Assembly: GCA_964447005.1 (NCBI GenBank)
Contig: CAYUQP010000009.1
Location: forward strand, 38,752 to 102,751
DNA: 64,000 nucleotides
Source of the DNA: an uncultured Bacteroidales bacterium
GTDB taxonomy: Bacteria > Bacteroidota > Bacteroidia > Bacteroidales > JAGOPY01
Direction of reading: 5' to 3'
Under the pieces are notes generated by a model. That model saw only the letters and a list, made by a program, of their open reading frames with translations, did not search any database and was not told the DNA's origin. Made by a program: the position numbers and the translations under genes. Within the stretch, counting starts at the first letter, position 1; every line of letters starts with the position of its first letter. Below are positions 1 through 9,459 of the stretch, piece by piece.

Positions 1-495
1 TTTGAGGATGTCGTTACGGACAAGAAGTACGACCTGGTGCTGTTCAGCGAAAGTTTCCAGTACATTCCGATGGACCGGTCGATACCGGGGGCGCTGAAGC
101 TGCTCATTCCGGGCGGTTACATTATCGCCAGCGACTTTTTCAGCACCGATCCGGAAGGGAAGTCAAAACTTGGCGGCGGTCACGACTATCAGCAGTGGCT
201 GAAGATCAGGGAGGGCTTTCCCATCAAAACCCTGGCAGAGAAAGACATTACTGTTGAAACCTCTTACACGATCGACCTGGTGAACCAGTTGAATACCGAG
301 GTCCTGAAGCCGGTATGGACTTCTGCCTGGGCGCTGGGCGAAGATCGTTTTCCCTTCATTATCAAGCTTGTCAGGAGAATGTACAGGAAAAAGCTGCACA
401 AAATCGAAGATAAGCACTTTACAGGTCGGCGGAACGGCGAGTTGTTCCGCAAATACAAGAAATACATGTTTTACCTTTTCCAGGCGGAAAAGTGA
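1..495 (+). CDS. C-terminal part of a class I SAM-dependent methyltransferase-like protein (5' end lies outside the window)
   Basis: The frame-1 ORF runs in from the window edge (FEDVVTDKKYDLVLFSESFQ...). The motif LLIPGGYIIASDFF resembles the post-I/II region of Rossmann methyltransferases. Stop at 493-495. Confidence 0.45.
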   Translation, partial: FEDVVTDKKYDLVLFSESFQYIPMDRSIPGALKLLIPGGYIIASDFFSTDPEGKSKLGGGHDYQQWLKIREGFPIKTLAEKDITVETSYTIDLVNQLNTEVLKPVWTSAWALGEDRFPFIIKLVRRMYRKKLHKIEDKHFTGRRNGELFRKYKKYMFYLFQAEK

Positions 496-501
496 GATAA
501 T

Positions 502-1752
502 ATGGAAAGAAAAAAGGTAATCGTCGTTGGGGGTGGCTTTGCAGGCATCCAGTTTGTTGATCATCTTGATGAAAAATTTTTCGAAGTCCTGCTGATCGAT
601 AAACTCAATCACCACCAGTTCCAGCCCTTGTTCTACCAGGTGGCCACTTCGCAGCTCGAGCCCAGCAGCATTTCGTTCCCTTTCAGGAAAATCTTCCAGC
701 ACAGGCAGAATATGCAGATCAGGATGGCTGAGGTGCTCCGGGTGAATCCAGGTTCTAAAACGATTGAAACAACGATCGGGGAATTTGGTTATGATTACCT
801 GGTGATCGCAACCGGCTGCAAAACAAATTTTTACGGTAACAAACACCTGGAAGAAAACTCCTACAGCCTGAAGACAACGTATGATGCAATAAAAGTCAGG
901 AACAGCGTGCTGCTGGATTTTGAGGAGCTGCTTTCGGCCGATTCAACAGAACGGGAATACCTGCTGAACATCGTCATTGTCGGTGCCGGTCCGACCGGGG
1001 TTGAGCTGGCAGGCGCTTTCGCAGAGATCAAGCGGAATATCCTTCCGAAAGATTATCCCATGTTCGACTTTAAAGACCTGAAAATCATCCTGCTGGAAGG
1101 CAGTTCGCATACGCTGAACAGCATGAGTCCGATGGCCAGGAAGACTTCGGAGAAATACCTTAAATCGCTGGGCGTTGAAGTGATGACCAATATCATCGTG
1201 AAAGACTATGATGGAAAGGTCGCGACCCTGAGCAACGGCGAATCGATAAAATCCACCCGGCTGATCTGGGCGGCCGGCGTGACCGGTAACCTGCCGCAGG
1301 GATTAGACAATAGCGTGATCGTCCAGAACGGCAGGCTGGTGACCGACCGCCATAACCTGGTGAAAGGATACACGGACATTTACGCCGTCGGGGATATCGC
1401 CAGTATGGCAACGCCAAAGTACCCTAAAGGCCATCCGCAGGTGGCCAACGTGGCGATCAACCAGGCTCGGAACCTGGCAAGGAACCTTAATGCACTGGTT
1501 AAAAACAAGCCGCTGAAAGACTATGAATATTTCGACAAAGGCTCCATGGCAACCATCGGCAAGCACAAAGCCGTCGTTGACCTTCCCTTCATCCGCTTCC
1601 AGGGATATTTCGCATGGTTCGTCTGGATGTTCCTCCACCTGATGCTGATCCTCAGCATCCGCAACAAACTGATCGTATTCATCAACTGGGCGTTCAATTA
1701 TTTCACAAGAGACACCTCGCTGCGGCTTATTCTCCAGGAACGGAAGAAATAA
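502..1752 (+). CDS. ndh: Type II NADH:quinone oxidoreductase (NDH-2), FAD-dependent pyridine nucleotide-disulfide oxidoreductase
   Basis: N-terminal KKVIVVGGGFAGIQ and a second IVIVGAGPTGVELAG dinucleotide-binding motif. About 416 aa. C-terminal amphipathic/TM tail typical of NDH-2. Confidence 0.85.
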   Translation: MERKKVIVVGGGFAGIQFVDHLDEKFFEVLLIDKLNHHQFQPLFYQVATSQLEPSSISFPFRKIFQHRQNMQIRMAEVLRVNPGSKTIETTIGEFGYDYLVIATGCKTNFYGNKHLEENSYSLKTTYDAIKVRNSVLLDFEELLSADSTEREYLLNIVIVGAGPTGVELAGAFAEIKRNILPKDYPMFDFKDLKIILLEGSSHTLNSMSPMARKTSEKYLKSLGVEVMTNIIVKDYDGKVATLSNGESIKSTRLIWAAGVTGNLPQGLDNSVIVQNGRLVTDRHNLVKGYTDIYAVGDIASMATPKYPKGHPQVANVAINQARNLARNLNALVKNKPLKDYEYFDKGSMATIGKHKAVVDLPFIRFQGYFAWFVWMFLHLMLILSIRNKLIVFINWAFNYFTRDTSLRLILQERKK

Positions 1753-1834
1753 GCTCCTCGTTCCTGATTATTGGATTTTGGTTATTGGTTGTGATTGACT
1801 CAAAAGTCGGAATTCCTTCTTAATGACCATTCTG

Positions 1835-2110
1835 TAGATTCGAACTCCAACGACTAAAGCCGTTGGTTCCGACAGCCTCACACCCTTTACCCCCTGCCCT
1901 CTATTGAGGGTGTAACAGAAGTCTCTTTGCGTAACTTTGTGTCTGCTTTGTGTAGCTTTGCGTAATAGCTAAAGGGCTGTTACACAAAGATTCGCAAAGA
2001 TACCGCAAAGTTTCGCAAAGAAATTCTTCCATTAATTTAAGAGTACTGTTACACGATCACAGCGGGTGAGGTTAAACAACCGACGGCTTTAGTCGTCGGC
2101 GATTCGAAAC
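1835..2110. repeat. MITE-like composite repeat, copy 1. Terminal inverted repeats ttcgaaCTCCAACGACTAAAGCCGTTGGTTCC ... AACCGACGGCTTTAGTCGTCGGcgattcgaa flank an internal (ctttgcg)n/(cgcaaag)n palindrome.
   Basis: The left arm at 1835-1870 and right arm at 2078-2110 are reverse complements. Each arm is itself a 6-bp stem-loop (ccaacg-actaaagc-cgttgg). The internal 1920-2040 holds inverted cgcaaag repeats and a cctcacaccctttaccccctgccc block. Related copies occur at 4412-4498, 32557-32690 and 35633-35680. Confidence 0.6.
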
Positions 2111-2219
2111 AGAGAGATCATACAGACTTTCAAAACACCCTCATACTCGAACAGTTTAACAATTGAACAATTGAACAATTGCCCCTCATCCTTGTTTAAC
2201 CTTAAAAATCAATTATACA

Positions 2220-2903
2220 ATGAAGAAATCAGTATTAATTCAATTTTTGATCATTATCATGACTACAACAGCAGCAGTTAACGCACAACAGGCGGGTCCG
2301 TTCCAGCTGATCACCCTGCCTTATCCTTACAATGCCATGGAGCCGCATATCGACGCGCAGACGATGGAAATCCATCACAGCAAGCATCACGCGGCTTATG
2401 TAAATAACCTGAATGCAGCCATAAAAGGTACCGAAGGTGAGAAAATGACCCTTCTGGAGATTATGGCCAACACGAAGAAGTTCGATATGAAAGTCAGGAA
2501 CAATGCCGGCGGAGTTTATAACCACGATTTATTCTTCACCACCTTATCCCCAAAGGGAGGCGGGCAGCCAACCGGTGAGCTGGCTGAAGAGATCAACAAG
2601 GCATTCGGAAGCTTCGATGAAATGAAAACGCAGTTGAACACTGCCGGGGCTAACCGTTTCGGCTCGGGTTGGGCATGGCTTTACGTCACCCCTGAAGGCA
2701 AACTGGCTATCGGCTCGACGCCAAACCAGGACAATCCCTTAATGGACATTGCCGAGTTCAAGGGCACGCCCATCTTTGGCATCGATGTATGGGAACATGC
2801 TTACTACCTGAAGTATCAGAACAGGCGGGCCGATTACCTGGCAGCAGTCTGGAGCCTGGTGGACTGGGATGCGGTAGCGAAGAGATACCAGGCTGCTAAG
2901 TAA
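2220..2903 (+). CDS. Fe/Mn superoxide dismutase with signal peptide (periplasmic)
   Basis: [14 protein letters not shown] and [15 protein letters not shown] are the Fe/Mn-SOD signatures. N-terminal hydrophobic leader [23 protein letters not shown]. Confidence 0.88.
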   Translation: MKKSVLIQFLIIIMTTTAAVNAQQAGPFQLITLPYPYNAMEPHIDAQTMEIHHSKHHAAYVNNLNAAIKGTEGEKMTLLEIMANTKKFDMKVRNNAGGVYNHDLFFTTLSPKGGGQPTGELAEEINKAFGSFDEMKTQLNTAGANRFGSGWAWLYVTPEGKLAIGSTPNQDNPLMDIAEFKGTPIFGIDVWEHAYYLKYQNRRADYLAAVWSLVDWDAVAKRYQAAK

Positions 2904-3050
2904 ATTCCAAATTCCAAATTCCAAATTCCAAGCAAGCACCAAAAGCCAAACTAAAAATTCAAAACAATTTTGAATTTAACTTTTTTAGATTTTGAATTTG
3001 TTTGGAATTTGGAATTTGGAATTTGGAATTTGGAATTTGGAATTTGGAAT
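2904..3050. repeat. Inverted heptanucleotide tandem arrays forming a long imperfect palindrome between the convergent sod and nuclease genes. The arrays are (aattcca)x4 and (tggaatt)x7.
   Basis: 2904-2931 is (aattcca)4. The centre ttcaaaacaattttgaattt is palindromic. 3003-3050 is (tggaatt)7. The arrangement suggests a bidirectional terminator hairpin. Confidence 0.7.
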
Positions 3051-4175
3051 TTAATCTGTCAGCTTAACAACTTTAGTCGCCTCAAGAAATTTCCCGGATT
3101 CAACAGACACGAAATAAATCCCTTCCGGCAGGTTCGAAACAATAAACGAAAGTTCATTCGAGCCTGCCGGAAGTTTTTCATTCAATAAAATACCATGCGA
3201 TCTCCCCTCGAGGTCAAAAATCCCGATTTTTATCCTAGCTGTTTCCGGAAGATCGAAACGGACCCTCAACGATTCCTTCACGGGATTCGGGTTCACCTTC
3301 AGGCTCAGGTCACTTTTATCGTTATTGAATTCAAATATTCCCGGGCCGCTGTTCATATCCGGTTTGCCGGCATCGATCCAGGCCGAATAGATCAGCTCCG
3401 CCAGGGAATGGGCCGACCGGTTGAACAAGCTGACCGTGAAAGTCCCGGTCTTTTCCCATAATGCCTCCCTGTACTGGTATGAGGAAGTATTGCCGGCAAC
3501 GGATTGCGCGTAATCATCAGCCAGCATGATGGAATTAACGTAAATGTAATTCGAGTATATGTAATCGAAGATATAATCCTGGACATCGGTGATGTATTCA
3601 ATCCCGCTGCCTTGCATCACGATCTCCTGCTGAAAGGTGTTGATCATACCGGTTTCATACCGCGAATGGATTCCCGAATTACCGGTATACTGCCCGTTAT
3701 AGTTCCGGGTAATATGCAAAGGGTTATGGCCATCACCAACATAATGGCCCAGGTCGGATGCGTAAAGCACGGCCTTTTCCCGGTCGAATCGTGTAAAACT
3801 GCTGACCAGCGAATCGTAAGTGCGTTTGGTAGCCCAGGGAAGGATGCCGTTTTCAATGACAAAGGCAGTATTATAAAGAGCTACGACAGAATCATAGGTT
3901 GACGGAATTCTTCCGTTCAAAATAAATTCCGCGTAATTATCGATATCGATATAATGCCGGGGGCCTTCGTCAGGGTCTTCATCCTTGCGATAATCGGCAT
4001 CCGACGCGTGATCGGCAAGAATGGAAGCCCACGACATGAACTGTTCCATCTCCGGCGTGAACGACAGGGCAGCGTTCTGGTTAATGATACGGTGACCGGT
4101 GTATCCCCAGGAGATCAGGGTTATAAAAAGAACCAGGAGGATGACGGCCTTGCCGAATATTTTGATAAGTTTCAT
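3051..4175 (-). CDS. S1/P1-family nuclease with C-terminal T9SS sorting domain (secreted)
   Basis: Signal peptide. WGYTGHRII start and HYVGDGHNPLHITRNY motifs of the S1-P1 nuclease family. The C-terminus GIYFVSVESGKFLEATKVVKL fits a Por/T9SS C-terminal domain. Confidence 0.75.
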   Translation of the reverse strand: MKLIKIFGKAVILLVLFITLISWGYTGHRIINQNAALSFTPEMEQFMSWASILADHASDADYRKDEDPDEGPRHYIDIDNYAEFILNGRIPSTYDSVVALYNTAFVIENGILPWATKRTYDSLVSSFTRFDREKAVLYASDLGHYVGDGHNPLHITRNYNGQYTGNSGIHSRYETGMINTFQQEIVMQGSGIEYITDVQDYIFDYIYSNYIYVNSIMLADDYAQSVAGNTSSYQYREALWEKTGTFTVSLFNRSAHSLAELIYSAWIDAGKPDMNSGPGIFEFNNDKSDLSLKVNPNPVKESLRVRFDLPETARIKIGIFDLEGRSHGILLNEKLPAGSNELSFIVSNLPEGIYFVSVESGKFLEATKVVKLTD

Positions 4176-4411
4176 GAAACCGGGTTGTGGAAGTTTATTG
4201 CAAAACTAAGGTTAATCCGGGAAAATATTTTACGTTGTATGTAATATGTTGTAATTATTAATTATTACCGACACTTTTATACGTCATTACAAACATTGTT
4301 AAAGATTTGTTAAACCACACATCCAGGGTTAATCGTATGTATTTTTCGGTCTATTTTTACAAGCATAAAGGCTGTCTCAAATGCCGGATTTCCTTCTTGA
4401 TTAACATTTTG

Positions 4412-4498
4412 TAGATTCGAATTCCAACGACTAAAGCCGTTGGTTCCTGGTTAGTTGCAAAATATCAACCGACGGCTTTAGTCGTCGGCGATGCGAAA
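4412..4498. repeat. MITE-like repeat, copy 2. Minimal form: the two TIR hairpins separated by about 25 bp.
   Basis: tgtagattcgaattCCAACGACTAAAGCCGTTGGTTCC ... AACCGACGGCTTTAGTCGTCGGcgatgcgaaa. Same arms as 1835-2110. Confidence 0.6.
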
Positions 4499-4557
4499 TA
4501 AAAAGCTGAACTGACTTTTGAGACGACGTCTTTTTGCCAGCTTAAAATCTTTTTATT

Positions 4558-5334
4558 ATGAAAACATTTAAAATCATTTTAGGATTATGTCTCTTTGTAA
4601 TTTCAATCGCAATAAACGCACAAGTTGCAATAAATGAAGACGGCAGTCCGCCGGATCCATCGGCAATGCTTGATGTAAAATCGTGGAACAAGGGATTGCT
4701 GCTTCCGAGGATTGATTATAACGACCGGCCTGATCCGGCGGCTCCCGGTCTGCTGATCTTTGTGACGTCCAATGGTCCGCTGGGCGATAACGCGTTGTAT
4801 CTCTTTGACGGTACAAACTGGAACAAGGTCCTCATGGAGACTGCGACCATCATTGGCACTGAAATGGAAGGCGGGATTGTTTTTTATCATGATGAGAACC
4901 AGGGATTCGGGCTGGTTTGCACCGAAGCAGATGAGGGGTACGCTGCATACGGCTGTTTCGGAACCCTGGTGGGGACAGATGGCCAGCATACGGAAATTGG
5001 TTTTGGCGAGGTGAATACCGATGCGATCCTGCAAGTGTGCAGTGATCCCGGAATTGCAGCTGATCTATGCGATCAGCTTGATCACAACGGCTATGATGAC
5101 TGGTTTCTTCCGTCACTGGATGAACTGCGTGAAATGTACACCTATAGAGCCGAAATCGGCGGCTTTTCAAATACTTTATACTGGACTTCAGCAGAGAGTA
5201 GTTATGGAACACCTCAGGAACAATCAGAAGGGGCCTGGATCGTGAATTTTAATAACGGAACCTACGGATGGACAGCCAAATCAGGCAACTTGCCGGTGCG
5301 CTGTATCAGAAAATACTATATTTATTTCGAATGA
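4558..5334 (+). CDS. Secreted DUF1566 (Lcl C-terminal domain) protein. Paralog 1 of the fibre N-terminal-module family.
   Basis: Signal peptide. The conserved N-terminal module SAMLDVKSWNKGLLLPRIDYNDRPDPAAPGLLIF is shared with ORFs at 40834, 42773 and 45907. The C-terminus DDWFLPSLDELREMY...YWTSAESS...GAWIVNFNNG...LPVRCIR is DUF1566-like. Confidence 0.65.
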   Translation: MKTFKIILGLCLFVISIAINAQVAINEDGSPPDPSAMLDVKSWNKGLLLPRIDYNDRPDPAAPGLLIFVTSNGPLGDNALYLFDGTNWNKVLMETATIIGTEMEGGIVFYHDENQGFGLVCTEADEGYAAYGCFGTLVGTDGQHTEIGFGEVNTDAILQVCSDPGIAADLCDQLDHNGYDDWFLPSLDELREMYTYRAEIGGFSNTLYWTSAESSYGTPQEQSEGAWIVNFNNGTYGWTAKSGNLPVRCIRKYYIYFE

Positions 5335-5344
5335 GACGAATGAA

Positions 5345-5842
5345 TTATTTTGAAGGGCTGACTGCTGCTACGCTCCACATCCGGAAAAACTGCTCCACTT
5401 TAGCCCGGTCGTAGTCTTTATCCTGTTCCAGGTACCAGCTATCCTGGGTATGAATGCGATCACCCTCCTGGTTTAATACAACCAGCACCGGAAACCCGAA
5501 TCGCTGCGGGTTATCGAGTTCTGCCAAAAGTTCATAATCACGTTTGTCCTTTTCCCTGGGAACATTCACCAGTACCCTGACATAATCTGCATTCAACAGC
5601 GAATCGATCTGAGCATCAGATTCTTCCATCCCGTGCAGTTTAACGCACCAGGGGCACCAGTTTCCTCCGATTTGAAGGAGCACATGCTTGTTTTCAGCTT
5701 TGGCCTGTTGTATGGCTTTTGCAATGTCTTCCTTTGCATTTGCATCAGGGTTGTAGATATTAATTTCTTGATTTTGAGAGTATAGAAATATTGAAAGAAG
5801 AAGAAAACTAAAAATAAAAGCTGCTTTTTTCATTGATATCAT
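5345..5842 (-). CDS. Thioredoxin-fold protein (exported)
   Basis: Signal peptide. WCPWC (CxxC) active-site motif in a ~165-aa protein. Confidence 0.65.
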   Translation of the reverse strand: MISMKKAAFIFSFLLLSIFLYSQNQEINIYNPDANAKEDIAKAIQQAKAENKHVLLQIGGNWCPWCVKLHGMEESDAQIDSLLNADYVRVLVNVPREKDKRDYELLAELDNPQRFGFPVLVVLNQEGDRIHTQDSWYLEQDKDYDRAKVEQFFRMWSVAAVSPSK

Positions 5843-5861
5843 TTTTTATTTCATGCGAAGT

Positions 5862-5892
5862 CGCGCAAAGGTAACGCAAAGTTGCGCAAAGA
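5862..5892. repeat. (cgcaaag)x3 repeat block
   Basis: The sequence is gtcgcgcaaaggtaacgcaaagttgcgcaaag. The same 7-mer arrays occur at 1990-2030 and 8091-8188. Confidence 0.5.
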
Positions 5893-6213
5893 TTTATTAC
5901 TTCGTGTAATAATCGACAAAGAATGATTTCATTCTATAATTCTCAGATCGGTTTGATAGAAATAAAATACAGATCCCAATGCCATCCGTGCAGTCGCTGC
6001 AGCCAACAGCGCCAACCCGGTCAGTATCATTATTCCATGCCACCGGGTTATCGGCTCTGATGGTTCACTTACAGGCTATGCCGGGGGATTGTGGCGGAAG
6101 AAATGGCTGCTGGATTTCGAATCAAACGATAAATTATTGTTCTGAATGATCCTTACGCCTTTAATAGAACACGGATGACACTGATATAACGGATTTACGC
6201 GGATTAATCATGT

Positions 6214-6297
6214 TCCAGGGTTCCATTGTTCCATTGTTCCATTGTTCTAAATCTCCCTATCTCCAGGTCTCCTGGTCTCCTGGTCTCCTGGTCCTCC
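6214..6297. repeat. Tandem octamer arrays (gttccatt)x3 and (ctcctggt)x3 in an intergenic region
   Basis: Direct reading of the sequence. Confidence 0.7.
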
Positions 6298-6301
6298 CGT
6301 C

Positions 6302-8080
6302 CTAAAGTCCTAACCTCATCATCTCCTCCTTGCTCATGATCCTTCCGACAGGATACACATTTCTCTTAGCATCCACCCATGGTGACCGGAAATAGAACCA
6401 CTCAAGTTGTGACCACTGGCTTCTGGCTGCTTCCGGGTTATCCGCCTTCCATTTCTCGAACTCTTCTTTCATGCCGGGCGTTTCTGCCAGCATCTTCCGC
6501 GCATATTCTTCCATCTTATAAGTTTCGAAATATTCCTTCAGCTCAAATATAGCATTGTAAAAGCCCCACTGGAGGTAGGAATCGGGGGAAGCCGGCTCCA
6601 GCATATGAATGATCGCTCTTGCAGCAGCCTGGCCCGTCGGGATCACCACTGACCCTGCCGGGAATTCCTTTTCTTCAACGATGGTTTCAAAAGTGGGCGT
6701 CACCTGTTGCCGTCCTTCATAAGATGATTTGCTGTATTCAACAGTTGTAAAACGATAGGTCTCGACATTGATCCTGACCGGTCGTTCCGTCCGGATAAAA
6801 CTGATGCCGTGCAAGGGCAGTCTTTCAATAACGGTTTCCCATTCCGGCGGAATGATATATGCCTCCGGGACCTGCACGGTTGCTGAAGGCACCTGGCGGT
6901 GGAAGTAAGGCACCTTGTATGTTACCGGCTTGTCCGGATAATATTTAAACCAATCGCCGCCGGTGAGGCTGCTCTGTTCCACATCATACGCCACACCTTT
7001 GAAATCAATCATAATACTGTCGGGTGCCGCTTTAAAATTCACGGCGAACGGCCTGGAGCGGAAATCTTCAGAAGCTGCGACGAGGTCAGCAGTTAAATTG
7101 ATGGTCGTGATTTCAAGCGCATGACCAGAAATATAATCGCTCAAAAACTTAAGCAGTTCGTATGTAGCACTAACGCGTGTTTTATAATCTTTAAGGGAAT
7201 GATTTTCAACCAATAGCCCAATCCTGTTCTGTGCTGCAGCATAGCCCTGGGAAAACCTGGGCCCGCCGACGCTGCTCCTGAGTCCGCTGCGGGGGTCATG
7301 CCATTTCCTGAACATAACATAGGGGAATGCAGGGTAACCCGCCCCTTCCATGTAAGATTCCATGGCCGGAATGAAGCTTATCTCGGTCCAATCGGTTAAT
7401 CCCTGGTCCATATTCCCGTGGGTTTCCAGCCCGTAGGTCATCACGTACTGGTAATCGGCACCATCCGTAACATGGATATCGACAAAGAAATCAGGGTTCC
7501 ATTCTTGCCACAGTTCCAGCCAGGCTTGCATTTCCGGGGCGTCTGCCTTGAGGAAATCGCGGTTCAGGTTCAGGTTCTGGGCCGTGGTGCGCCATCCCAT
7601 CTCCTCGGGCCCGACCTGGTTGATCCGGTTGTAGGGGCCGAAACGCTCATGCCCGTCAACGCTGAAAATGGGGATGAAGAGAAAGGTGATGTTTGACGGT
7701 ACTTCCCCGAATTTCTTTTCTACCGCAAGGTCACGGAAAAACATGAGCCCGGCGTCCTTGCCGTCGATCTCCCCCGGGTGGATGCCCGCTTCGATCAGCA
7801 GGACAAATTTTCCGGCCTGATTAATTTCATCAGGTTCAGTAAACCCGTCCGAATCAATGATCAGCAGTGGCAGGTCTCTTCCCTGGGGGGAAATCCCGAA
7901 TGTGGTGTAATGGATCATCTCCGAAGCTTCATCGAGCAATTTGCAATAGGCTATGGTTTCATCGTAAGACGGAGTGGATTTGAAACCTGATTTCTCGTAA
8001 TAAGTGACCAGATCATTACTTTGTGACAGGCTGGCGAAGTTGAACAAAATAAAAAAAACAGAGAGTAGCTTTGAATTCAT
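6302..8080 (-). CDS. M14-family metallocarboxypeptidase-like secreted protein
   Basis: The likely start is the internal Met at 8080 (MNSKLLSVFFILFNFASLS signal peptide), not 8215. LLIEAGIHPGEIDGKDAG resembles the zinc-binding HxxE region of M14 peptidases, followed by a large C-terminal beta-rich domain. Confidence 0.5.
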   Translation of the reverse strand: MNSKLLSVFFILFNFASLSQSNDLVTYYEKSGFKSTPSYDETIAYCKLLDEASEMIHYTTFGISPQGRDLPLLIIDSDGFTEPDEINQAGKFVLLIEAGIHPGEIDGKDAGLMFFRDLAVEKKFGEVPSNITFLFIPIFSVDGHERFGPYNRINQVGPEEMGWRTTAQNLNLNRDFLKADAPEMQAWLELWQEWNPDFFVDIHVTDGADYQYVMTYGLETHGNMDQGLTDWTEISFIPAMESYMEGAGYPAFPYVMFRKWHDPRSGLRSSVGGPRFSQGYAAAQNRIGLLVENHSLKDYKTRVSATYELLKFLSDYISGHALEITTINLTADLVAASEDFRSRPFAVNFKAAPDSIMIDFKGVAYDVEQSSLTGGDWFKYYPDKPVTYKVPYFHRQVPSATVQVPEAYIIPPEWETVIERLPLHGISFIRTERPVRINVETYRFTTVEYSKSSYEGRQQVTPTFETIVEEKEFPAGSVVIPTGQAAARAIIHMLEPASPDSYLQWGFYNAIFELKEYFETYKMEEYARKMLAETPGMKEEFEKWKADNPEAARSQWSQLEWFYFRSPWVDAKRNVYPVGRIMSKEEMMRLGL

Positions 8081-8090
8081 GTCTTTAGTT

Positions 8091-8188
8091 TTCACGCAAA
8101 GAACGCAAAGATAGCGCAAAGAACGCAAATAGAGTTTACCGGTTGCTTTGCGCCCTTTGCGAATCCTTTGCGCCACTTTGCGTGAAAC
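8091..8188. repeat. Long imperfect palindrome of (cgcaaag)n / (ctttgcg)n units
   Basis: cacgcaaagaacgcaaagatagcgcaaagaacgcaaa ... tttgcgccctttgcgaatcctttgcgccactttgcgtg. The two halves are reverse complements, giving a hairpin of more than 30 bp. It sits downstream of pfkA and upstream of the peptidase. Confidence 0.6.
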
Positions 8189-8193
8189 ATCCA

Positions 8194-9252
8194 TCAAACA
8201 ATGTCGCTGTTGCAAAACTTATCCCCGAAGCATATCCCCATCTTTCTGCCTTTCCCGATGAGGGGAAAATCAGCCGGGACGAGCCGGGTTTTGGAGCCGA
8301 CATCCTTGAGCGGAACGGACGTTGTTTCTTCTCCTTTCTTTGCCACCATCATCCCGAATTTGCCTTTGGCGATAAGTTCCACGGCATGGGCCCCGAAACG
8401 GGTGGCCAGGATGCGGTCGTTGGGTGAAGGGCTGCCCCCGCGCTGGATATAACCGAGAATGGTTTCCCGGGTTTCCAGGCCGGTGATTTCCTCAATTTTA
8501 CGGGCTATGAAAGTGGCCGCTTTGTCCTTTTTGGATTTATTGATCCCTTCGGCCACAACGACGATCGAATAAGGTTTCTTGGCCCTGGCCCTGCGCACAA
8601 GGTAATCGGCCACGATATCCATGTCATATTTTACCTCCGGCAGCAGGATCACGTCGCCTCCGCCGGCGATCCCCGCGTAAAGTGTCAGCCAGCCGGCATT
8701 GTGGCCCATCAGCTCGATCACCATGATGCGCTTGTGGCTGTTGGCCGTAGTGTGCAGCCGGTCGATGGCGTCGGTGGCGATGCCCAGTGCCGAATCGAAA
8801 CCAAACGTAATGTCGGTGCCCCAGACGTCATTGTCGATGGTTTTCGGCAGGCCAATGACGTTCAGCCCCTCCTCCACCAGCTTGCTGGCCGTCCGCTGCG
8901 TGCCGTTCCCGCCGATGCAAACCAGTGCATCCAGTCCCAGCTCCTTGTAATGCTTTTTGATCAGCTTGGGCTTGTCGACCTGGTCCGGTCCGCCCGCCTT
9001 CTTGAACGGCTTTTCCCTGCTAGTTCCAAGAATGGTGCCTCCCAGGGTGAGAATGCCGGAAAGCTTTTCTTCGGTAAGGATCTCGTATTCTTCATTAATT
9101 AAGCCAAGAAAACCGGAAGAAATGCCAATGACCTGCATGCCGTATTCGACGATGGCAGTTTTACCGACGCCGCGGATGGCTGCATTGATGCCGGGGCAGT
9201 CGCCGCCGGCGCTGAGGATGCCGATTTTAAGGGCTTTTTTCTTTGGTGACAT
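8194..9252 (-). CDS. pfkA: 6-phosphofructokinase
   Basis: GILSAGGDCPGINAAIRGV, MGHNAGW and the IDNDV motifs are classic PFK signatures. 352 aa. Confidence 0.9.
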   Translation of the reverse strand: MSPKKKALKIGILSAGGDCPGINAAIRGVGKTAIVEYGMQVIGISSGFLGLINEEYEILTEEKLSGILTLGGTILGTSREKPFKKAGGPDQVDKPKLIKKHYKELGLDALVCIGGNGTQRTASKLVEEGLNVIGLPKTIDNDVWGTDITFGFDSALGIATDAIDRLHTTANSHKRIMVIELMGHNAGWLTLYAGIAGGGDVILLPEVKYDMDIVADYLVRRARAKKPYSIVVVAEGINKSKKDKAATFIARKIEEITGLETRETILGYIQRGGSPSPNDRILATRFGAHAVELIAKGKFGMMVAKKGEETTSVPLKDVGSKTRLVPADFPLIGKGRKMGICFGDKFCNSDIV

Positions 9253-9459
9253 GGGAGGGAAATTTGAAATTCGAAATTAGGTTTTTTTCTCAACGAGTGG
9301 CAGAGATTTTATTCACAGATTTGCAGTGATATTCTTGAAATAAGTTTGCACTTTTAAACCGCATCCTGCTTCATCTCCACCTTTAACTGTAACATTCTTG
9401 CTTTTGCGACGTCATTTAACTAAATTTATAGTTGAAATACATCCTAAATCACTAACGCC

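Noticed and set aside
8081-8215. N-terminal extension of the M14 peptidase ORF to the ATG at 8215
   Set aside because: The extension is a basic, non-homologous peptide that runs through the cgcaaag hairpin. The internal Met at 8080 is followed by a proper signal peptide.
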